Below are positions 58,050 to 64,000 of a stretch of DNA of 64,000 bases, in pieces. The stretch is from Bacteroidia bacterium (GTDB lineage Bacteria; Bacteroidota; Bacteroidia; NS11-12g; UBA955). The notes beneath the pieces were generated by a model, which was given only the letters and a program-made list of their open reading frames with translations, did not search any database and was not told where the DNA came from. The stretch covers positions 2,198 to 66,197 of the forward strand of contig JBIPPH010000002.1 of NCBI GenBank assembly GCA_044368575.1, read 5' to 3'. Positions within the stretch are counted from its first letter, which is position 1. Every line of letters begins with the position of its first letter. The position numbers and the translations under genes are program-made.

Positions 58050-58448
58050 ATGAAAAAAGAAGTCACACACAAAACATATATTCTTTCTACACTAGCTTTA
58101 ATATTACTTTTAACTACATCTTTAGAAATATACTTGCCAATTGTAAAGACCAGTCAATCTACTGTTTTTATGTTTTTCTTTAACGTTTTTGGTTTAATAT
58201 TCTTACATACTTATTGTAATAGAGGTAGATTTATGGAATTTAATTTACAAGATGAAAACCAAACATTAGAGACCAAAATGATCTTCTTTTGCCAATTATT
58301 GATTATAATACAACTTTTAATCATTGTGATTCTTTACATATTTTTTGATTCTCTGAGGATTAAGATAAGTGATTTAGTAATTTTATTAATCATACAAACT
58401 TATCTGTTTAGCATGGGTAACAACTACAATTTATTTAAAGAAAAGTAA
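58050..58448 (+). CDS. small multi-pass membrane protein, function unknown
   Basis: 132-aa ORF with about four hydrophobic segments. It lies 13 nt after the upstream gene. Confidence 0.35.
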   Translation: MKKEVTHKTYILSTLALILLLTTSLEIYLPIVKTSQSTVFMFFFNVFGLIFLHTYCNRGRFMEFNLQDENQTLETKMIFFCQLLIIIQLLIIVILYIFFDSLRIKISDLVILLIIQTYLFSMGNNYNLFKEK

Positions 58449-58490
58449 ATTAAAATTGTTGTTATACTACAATTTCGGAGTAAGAGTTGT

Positions 58491-58640
58491 TAGTGAGAGA
58501 ATGAGAGGAAGTGTCCTCCCTCTCTGAATTGGCAGATTCCACCTTCAGCTAATAGCTTTATATGGAAACATTCGGAGGTGTCCTTAAGGCCGGATGAGAA
58601 GTTTAAAACCATGCTCTTATTCTTATTTTCACTCTCACTA
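58491..58640. repeat. 150-bp element with 9-bp terminal inverted repeat, related to the 16.35-16.65 kb element
   Basis: TAGTGAGAG at 58491-58499 pairs with CTCTCACTA at 58632-58640. Segment 58491-58540 aligns with the reverse complement of 16597-16645 (GAGTGAGA-AATGAGAG...TCCTCCYTCTCTG.ATTG.CAGATTC). Confidence 0.65.
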
Positions 58641-58766
58641 GACCCTATTTTAAAGAGAATACCTAAAAAGAAAAATCTATACGCACTTGAATTTAATTGA
58701 ATACTATTCTGACTAAATATTATATTTTTAAAATTTTGAATCGTATACTTGTAGAAAGGGTCAAAG

Positions 58767-58774
58767 TAAATTTG
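58767..58774 (+). promoter_or_regulatory. candidate -7 promoter box TAAATTTG
   Basis: Exact TAnnTTTG match, 6 nt before the ATG at 58781. Confidence 0.4.
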
Positions 58775-58780
58775 TAAGGT

Positions 58781-59623
58781 ATGAATAAATATTTAGTAGT
58801 AATTTTTATCGTATTTTTCTCTTGTAAAACACAAGATCCAATCATTCCTAGTGAACCCGTTGCTTATAGGCAATCTAAGACCATTAACTATAATCAAAAA
58901 GCAATCAATATTATTATTGATAAACCTGCATTGGATAATGTAGATGTTCTAATGGTTTTTCATGGTACTGTTTTGAATGACAGTAATTTGATGGAAGCGG
59001 CCAATACAACTTTAGATAGTTTTAAAAAATTGTTAGACTCTTCTAAAATGATGATTGTTAGTGTTGTCTATCCTCAGGAAAAAATATTACTTGGCGACAA
59101 TGTACAGTTATGTGAATCAGCGCTGTTATGGTTGAAATATAATGCGAGTAGCGAATTGGGTATTAAAATTAATAAAATATTTTTGGCGGGACATTCTCAA
59201 GGCGCCTATGTTGCCACCCGATTAAATACTATGCACCAGACAAATGGTGTGATTGCAAATGCGCCAGGGCCTTTAAATCTTATTTATAGATGTAAATTGG
59301 AGGAAGATGGAAAAATAAAATCAGGTGTAGAATGTTCAAAGTTAAGACAGGAATATGGTTCAACTACGGATAACCCAGATGCGTATTTTCAAAGATCATT
59401 GATGAATTTCACCAATGGCTATAAGTCGGATATTTTGTTTATTCAAGGTTTAGCTGATTCGCCTATTCAATTATATTCTTGGCCAACATTCAAACAAGAA
59501 GTTTTGAATTGTACTAGTTGCAATAAAAGGCAGTTTTTTGAAGTGCCTCAAAAAGGTCATGGCTCATTATTTCAAGACTCAAGCGCCCAAAAGGAATTCA
59601 TTCAATTTATAAAATCACACTAA
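58781..59623 (+). CDS. alpha/beta hydrolase (esterase-like) lipoprotein
   Basis: N-terminal VIFIVFFSC lipobox-like signal, nucleophile elbow GHSQGA, and later GLADS and GHG residues consistent with a Ser-Asp-His triad. Confidence 0.6.
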   Translation: MNKYLVVIFIVFFSCKTQDPIIPSEPVAYRQSKTINYNQKAINIIIDKPALDNVDVLMVFHGTVLNDSNLMEAANTTLDSFKKLLDSSKMMIVSVVYPQEKILLGDNVQLCESALLWLKYNASSELGIKINKIFLAGHSQGAYVATRLNTMHQTNGVIANAPGPLNLIYRCKLEEDGKIKSGVECSKLRQEYGSTTDNPDAYFQRSLMNFTNGYKSDILFIQGLADSPIQLYSWPTFKQEVLNCTSCNKRQFFEVPQKGHGSLFQDSSAQKEFIQFIKSH

Positions 59624-59739
59624 TTATTTAGTTTTTGATATTCTATATAAACTAAAGCATATCTTATATTGAATTAGGAATAAATTTTAAAGTGCTTGGT
59701 GAACAGGATTTTTAAAAAGAAATATTAAGTAATCACCTA

Positions 59740-59766
59740 ATTGGTTGGCGAGGTCGCCGAACCAAT
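59740..59766. repeat. 12-bp-stem palindromic hairpin (REP-like)
   Basis: ATTGGTTGGCGA-GG-TCGCCGAACCAAT, with one bulged G. Confidence 0.6.
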
Positions 59767-59832
59767 CGATCACTGATCAGCTATTCGTTAATAAAAGAAA
59801 ATTTAACCAATAACCATTAACTAATAACTATT

Positions 59833-59930
59833 AACAGAGTGAGAGTGAGTGTAAAATCGAGAGCGTATTAATGAAGGCGGGCCAGCCTGGGCTCGAATCA
59901 ATTCTGGGATAAATAGCGGGTTTATGCGAC
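59833..59930. repeat. GAGTGAGAG-core repeat copy plus conserved 63-nt block (copy 1)
   Basis: AACAGAGTGAGAGTGAGTG at 59833-59851. The block at 59868-59930 is 53/63 identical to 61600-61662 by hand alignment. Confidence 0.75.
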
Positions 59931-60163
59931 TCTAAAATACCTGATTACTCAATTGATGAATAATCTTGAAGTTGGAATGATTTTAGTAGTTCTAGTAATT
60001 TTGTCATAATAACCCTATAAGAGGGAGATCAGGTAGTTTCTGACTTTTTATAAGTACATAAAATGGTCTCTTATTTTTGAAATACCTGAATGTTCAGGAT
60101 GCATAAAAAGTAACAATGTTTAACCTAATAGAAAACAATACCCCACCTTTTGGTTAGGTACTG

Positions 60164-61369
60164 TTATAAGCCTCTTTTTATTATTTTTTTTGTTATTACA
60201 TGTTCTTTGTGTTTAAATTTAATAAACAATACACCATTAGGAGCATCTGATAAATCAATTTTTTGATTTGAGACTGTGGATTCATGCAATAATCGTCCAT
60301 CCATTGAATAAATGCTGTATTCGATAACATCCATTGAGTTATTCTCAATCCAAATTTCATTGCTAGTTGGATTAGGATAAAGGTTCATGCTGATATTATT
60401 GTTAAATCCACTTTCAATTCCAACTGTATTGGTATTAAACTTTTGAAGCCAATGCTCGATTATATTAAAAACATATTTGCTGTTTTTATCTTGCATCATA
60501 AGATGGCTATTCCCTTTAACCAAAGAATCATCTGGCAGTGACACTACATCAGAAATGCCACCTGCATTTTGAAATTTAATAGATACTGACTCCACGGCCA
60601 CCTTTCTGCTCGTTTGATTTCGAGAAGTTATATAGTCGCCGTAAACACCAAACATATGCAATCCATTAAAATCTGGGAAATCAGTACTATCTGGTGGTCC
60701 TGCTGGTTCTATAAGAATAAAACCATTCAATTTAGCTCTCTTTTGGTGTGCTGCTAAAACTGCTGGCTGTGTTCCAGCACTATGTGACAATAACCAAACT
60801 TTGCCTTTTATTGAATCAATCACAGCGCTAATAGCATCCTCATAACGATAAGTTGAAGAACCTACATAAGGATAATTTAATGCAAAATCCGCAAAAGAAT
60901 CCGTAGGGAATTGAGCATCTATGTAGGGATTGCCTTGCGAAGTTCCAAAACCCCATCGTCTCCATATATCAGATTGCCATGCTTGAACTGATCCTGGCGT
61001 GGCAAGTTTTCCATTACTTGGCACACTAAAAGGAGGTAAAATACCACCAGTTGCGAAATCATATTTTGGATCATTTACCATGTACACATCATATCCTTTA
61101 TCAGCAAATAATTCAGCCCATCCTTTTCTGTCATCAGGTGTAGTAAAGAATATGTAGGAAGTTAAATTAAGACCTGGCACCATAAGTATGGCGGCACTAT
61201 CTTTTTTATTTCCAGACTTTATAAAATTCACCAACGCATCATTGGTATAATAACTACCATAAGTATGTTGAGCCATACTTTTACCATCTAAAAACAAGCC
61301 TATTATAATAAGGCCAATTTGTTTAAATAAGCGCTTTTTATTTAAATCATATGATATCAATGGTGTCAT
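60164..61369 (-). CDS. alpha/beta hydrolase with T9SS type A C-terminal sorting domain
   Basis: Signal peptide from the ATG at 61369 (the ORF-track TTG at 61432 is less likely), nucleophile elbow SHSAG, and a C-terminal LYPNPTSNEIWIE...beta-sandwich tail. Confidence 0.65.
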   Translation of the reverse strand: MTPLISYDLNKKRLFKQIGLIIIGLFLDGKSMAQHTYGSYYTNDALVNFIKSGNKKDSAAILMVPGLNLTSYIFFTTPDDRKGWAELFADKGYDVYMVNDPKYDFATGGILPPFSVPSNGKLATPGSVQAWQSDIWRRWGFGTSQGNPYIDAQFPTDSFADFALNYPYVGSSTYRYEDAISAVIDSIKGKVWLLSHSAGTQPAVLAAHQKRAKLNGFILIEPAGPPDSTDFPDFNGLHMFGVYGDYITSRNQTSRKVAVESVSIKFQNAGGISDVVSLPDDSLVKGNSHLMMQDKNSKYVFNIIEHWLQKFNTNTVGIESGFNNNISMNLYPNPTSNEIWIENNSMDVIEYSIYSMDGRLLHESTVSNQKIDLSDAPNGVLFIKFKHKEHVITKKIIKRGL

Positions 61370-61518
61370 GTTACTTAAATCGAGGTTTTTATTTAAATGG
61401 CTTGTGACTTGGTAATATGCGATAATAGTCAAAAAAAGTGCAAATCACAATAAATGGCTTTAGTCTGCTTTTTTGGTGCTTGAAATAGTGACTCATTTAT
61501 ACAAAAAAACAAACCAAT

Positions 61519-61662
61519 AACAGAGTGAGAGCAAGTGTCGCTCTCGCTCTCTTTTTTGCTCCTATAGTCTGCCGAAATTAAACTTAAGGAAGGAAAGATT
61601 TAATGAAGGCGGGCCAACCTGGGCTTTAAGCAATTTTGGGATGAATTGAGGGTTTATCTGAC
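61519..61662. repeat. GAGTGAGAG-core repeat copy plus conserved 63-nt block (copy 2)
   Basis: AACAGAGTGAGAGC at 61519-61532, hairpin GAGAGC-AAGTGTC-GCTCTC, and block 61600-61662. Confidence 0.75.
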
Positions 61663-61702
61663 ATGTGTACTTAATTAACGAATCGCCAAATTATTGAAAT
61701 GG

Positions 61703-62275
61703 CTATTTGCGTTCCATTATTTTTCTTCCTTGTGTTGTTTCATTGTAATAGTTTTCTAAAAAACCATCAGCAATTTGAGCAACTGTTACATGGTTTGAAT
61801 TCCATGAATGATATACTTCATCTGCCCATTTTGTGATAAGCTGAGCGCATTCTTCTGCAGTTGTTACATTGGTCAAATCTTTTGCAGTAATTATTCCTCT
61901 ATTCAATGATTCTGGGGCTATAAGAAACTCATTTGGTTTATTAGATTTATATCTATTTAAGTAGTCACTGAGAAGGGGTGATTTGTTGTAGTCCCATGTT
62001 TGCTTTTTTTCAAGTATTAAATGCAACCTTGTTAAATGAAAATGATTGCTCCATCGACCGTGAATTTCTGGGTGTTGCAGAGCATGAGCATCAACACTTA
62101 AAAATCTAAACAAATGATTTTTCGAATCGTTAAAATCTAAAAATACAAGTCCATTGTTATAGTTTTCCATACAATCAAAAATCCCTCTTTGATAATCCGC
62201 ACCACAAAATTGACACTTTCCTCTATCTAGAAGTACTACGTCATTTTTGGCAGCTTGGTCTATGAAGTCTTGCAT
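61703..62275 (-). CDS. hypothetical protein, DUF5946-like
   Basis: 190 aa with an N-terminal CxxC (CQFCGADY) and an LSVDAHALQHPEIHG segment, resembling what I recall of DUF5946. Confidence 0.4.
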   Translation of the reverse strand: MQDFIDQAAKNDVVLLDRGKCQFCGADYQRGIFDCMENYNNGLVFLDFNDSKNHLFRFLSVDAHALQHPEIHGRWSNHFHLTRLHLILEKKQTWDYNKSPLLSDYLNRYKSNKPNEFLIAPESLNRGIITAKDLTNVTTAEECAQLITKWADEVYHSWNSNHVTVAQIADGFLENYYNETTQGRKIMERK

Positions 62276-62348
62276 GATTCTTTATTATTTATTGATATAT
62301 GTAGAAGTCGTCCCAAAATTACTGACATTTTAGATGAAACAAAAAAGC

Positions 62349-62377
62349 CTCACATTTCTGTGAGGCTTTCTCTGTTT
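62349..62377 (-). terminator. rho-independent terminator downstream of the beta-barrel gene
   Basis: On the minus strand, a 9-bp stem AGCCTCACA/TGTGAGGCT with a 4-nt loop is followed by TTTTTTGTTT. It lies ~100 nt after the stop at 62477. Confidence 0.65.
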
Positions 62378-62476
62378 GCTCCCCTTACAGACGAAAGATG
62401 CAGCTATAACTCGATGATTGAGTATATCACTATCAGGAAATTAAAGGGTTGAACTTCGTGAAAATTTGTAGGGAGT

Positions 62477-63073
62477 TTATTTGTCCTTTTCTTGATTTCT
62501 TTTCCCTTTTAAAGGTAAAATCACGTTAAACGAAATATTGTTCACTTTGCTATCTATCTTTTCAAACATTGAATTCAATCCCCATTCATACCTAATGCCT
62601 AAACTAACTTCTTTGTAGATAGATTTTCTAATATCAAAAAACAGAGTAGAATAATTCGTTGTTTCCTTTCCTAAGTCTATAGTCCCTGTTGCGATTTTAA
62701 GCTCAGGATTAAACAAGTAATTTTCTACCAGTCCCAGACCTATATGTGCCTTTTTCCCAATGTTAAGCATAGGCCCAATATACATTGCTATATTTCCGGT
62801 GGTAAATTCTCCAACCAATCCTGGCATTAAGGATAAATTGCCATAATTGCGACTTGAACCATTTATTTCGGTATAAATAGAAAACCTATTGGATAATTTT
62901 CTGGTATAATAAAAACCGCCGCCTACATCAACTTTATTAAAATCATCATTGAAGCCAGAAATATTGGTAGACAATACAACGCCAAATTTATTTTTTGATG
63001 GGGCAATCTCTTGAGCAACTAATGTTGTTATTGTTGCACAAAGTAACGCGAGTGTTAAAAATAATTTTTTCAT
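62477..63073 (-). CDS. small outer membrane beta-barrel protein
   Basis: Signal peptide (LALLCATITTLVAQ) and alternating hydrophobic beta-strand pattern with aromatic girdle residues; 198 aa. Confidence 0.5.
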   Translation of the reverse strand: MKKLFLTLALLCATITTLVAQEIAPSKNKFGVVLSTNISGFNDDFNKVDVGGGFYYTRKLSNRFSIYTEINGSSRNYGNLSLMPGLVGEFTTGNIAMYIGPMLNIGKKAHIGLGLVENYLFNPELKIATGTIDLGKETTNYSTLFFDIRKSIYKEVSLGIRYEWGLNSMFEKIDSKVNNISFNVILPLKGKRNQEKDK

Positions 63074-63100
63074 TTATTTAATTTTAGAATAATTTAACTA

Positions 63101-64000
63101 TTAAAATTCCCCCTTCAACACATCCACACCAATTGCGTACCCATAGGTTTTTCCGTTGGCATCTTTGTAAATTCTGATTTTATTGCAAGCCATTCCTAAA
63201 TTGACTTTCGCCCAGGTTTTACCACCGTCTTTGGTTTCGTAGCCTGTATTCATGGTGCCTACAAAGCCGTGGTTTTCGTCTATAAAACCAATACCAAATT
63301 CCCTTGCTCCAGCATCTTCCACTAAGTTGATTTCATTCCAAGTTTCACCGCCATCGATTGTTTTGGCGATACGTTGTTGTTTTACGTTTGAATCTGGATT
63401 ATAGGTTTGTATAGTTACATAACCAACTTTGTTTGTTGGGAAAGAAGCCTTCCAAGTACCTTCAAATGGACGATTGGATTGGTACACCTTTTTCCATGTT
63501 TTTCCGCCATCGTTGGTTTTTAAAATCAAGGCGTTGGATTTTTCTATATCTTCATCAGAGGCAGCACAAACAAATCCGTTGTTTTTATCAAACATTTTGA
63601 TATCAAAGAGCATTTTACAGTCGTTGTTCATGCTATTGGAAGTCCAAGTTGCACCACCATCGTGCGATACCATCATATTAGCTGGAGAACCTACACGACC
63701 TACGGCGTAAATATGTATTTTATGGTCTATTTTTCCGTGATTAATGTATTGTTCTTTAACAATATCAACGGCGCAAAGGCCTTTAACATAGGGGCCTTTA
63801 TAGTCTACTGGCTTCCAAGTTTTGCCACCATCTTTGGTTCCATACAAAGGAATGGAGTCGGTAACATTAGGGAAATAATCTGTTCCAACCGTACCCGAAA
63901 AACCAACTAAACTATCCACAAAGGCAATGGTTCGAAAAAAAGTTCCTTTTTTTTCCAATTGTTTTTCCCAGGTTTTGCCACCATTTTTTGTGTGGTGAAT
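63101..64000 (-). CDS. BNR/sortilin-type (Ycf48-like) beta-propeller protein, 5' end outside the window
   Basis: Repeated DGGKTW motifs (at least six). The frame stays open upstream of the ORF-track Met to the window edge (NGGKTWEKQ). Confidence 0.7.
   Translation of the reverse strand: MHHTKNGGKTWEKQLEKKGTFFRTIAFVDSLVGFSGTVGTDYFPNVTDSIPLYGTKDGGKTWKPVDYKGPYVKGLCAVDIVKEQYINHGKIDHKIHIYAVGRVGSPANMMVSHDGGATWTSNSMNNDCKMLFDIKMFDKNNGFVCAASDEDIEKSNALILKTNDGGKTWKKVYQSNRPFEGTWKASFPTNKVGYVTIQTYNPDSNVKQQRIAKTIDGGETWNEINLVEDAGAREFGIGFIDENHGFVGTMNTGYETKDGGKTWAKVNLGMACNKIRIYKDANGKTYGYAIGVDVLKGEF

Noticed and set aside
59870-59911. Mini-ORF in the conserved 63-nt block: MKAGQPGLESILG* in copy 1 and MKAGQPGL* in copy 2. 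The two nucleotide differences within the shared eight codons are both synonymous.
   Set aside because: Eight shared codons and two substitutions are too few to infer selection. The ORFs end differently, and the minus-strand frame also reads open without a start. It is noted only as something a larger alignment could test.
62255-62452. 65-aa + strand ORF between the DUF5946-like gene and the beta-barrel gene.
   Set aside because: It overlaps the start of the DUF5946-like gene and runs through the minus-strand terminator hairpin at 62349-62377. There is no supporting signal.

Overview
The window looks like a chromosomal segment of a Bacteroidota genome. Three things support this. There are T9SS type A and type B C-terminal sorting domains. 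There is a bamD-rpoZ-coaBC-DUF4835 neighbourhood. TAnnTTTG -7 promoter boxes recur just upstream of start codons. About 58 protein genes and one tRNA-Cys are tightly packed, and several convergent gene pairs share or abut their stop codons. Positions 1 to about 55.8 kb are mostly housekeeping: ffh, prfA, prmC, der, ribD, lpxH, aroB, queG, msrA/msrB/GAF-type Msr, pruA, a DEAD-box helicase and an acyl-CoA carboxyltransferase. This part also holds very large secreted or T9SS proteins and a TolC plus adaptor pair. Positions from about 55.85 to 63.1 kb are visibly more AT-rich and carry poorly characterised genes: a DUF4116 protein, small orphan ORFs, two alpha/beta hydrolases, a DUF5946-like protein and an outer-membrane beta-barrel. 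I found no CRISPR array, cas gene, integrase, transposase, reverse transcriptase or recognisable defence-system enzyme. The most unusual signal is non-coding. It is a family of hairpin-rich intergenic repeats with a GAGTGAGAG-type core, found next to tRNA-Cys (16.15-16.65 kb) and in three intergenic gaps of the AT-rich block (58.5, 59.8 and 61.5 kb). The family includes a 298-bp element bounded by a perfect 17-bp inverted repeat and a 63-nt block present twice at 53/63 identity. Other points worth a second look are coaBC split by a 1-nt frame change in a T4 run, a membrane VWA-like gene translationally coupled to a radical SAM gene, and -7 boxes so close to ATGs that leaderless transcripts are predicted. 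All functional calls come from motif and family recognition by eye; no database search was run.
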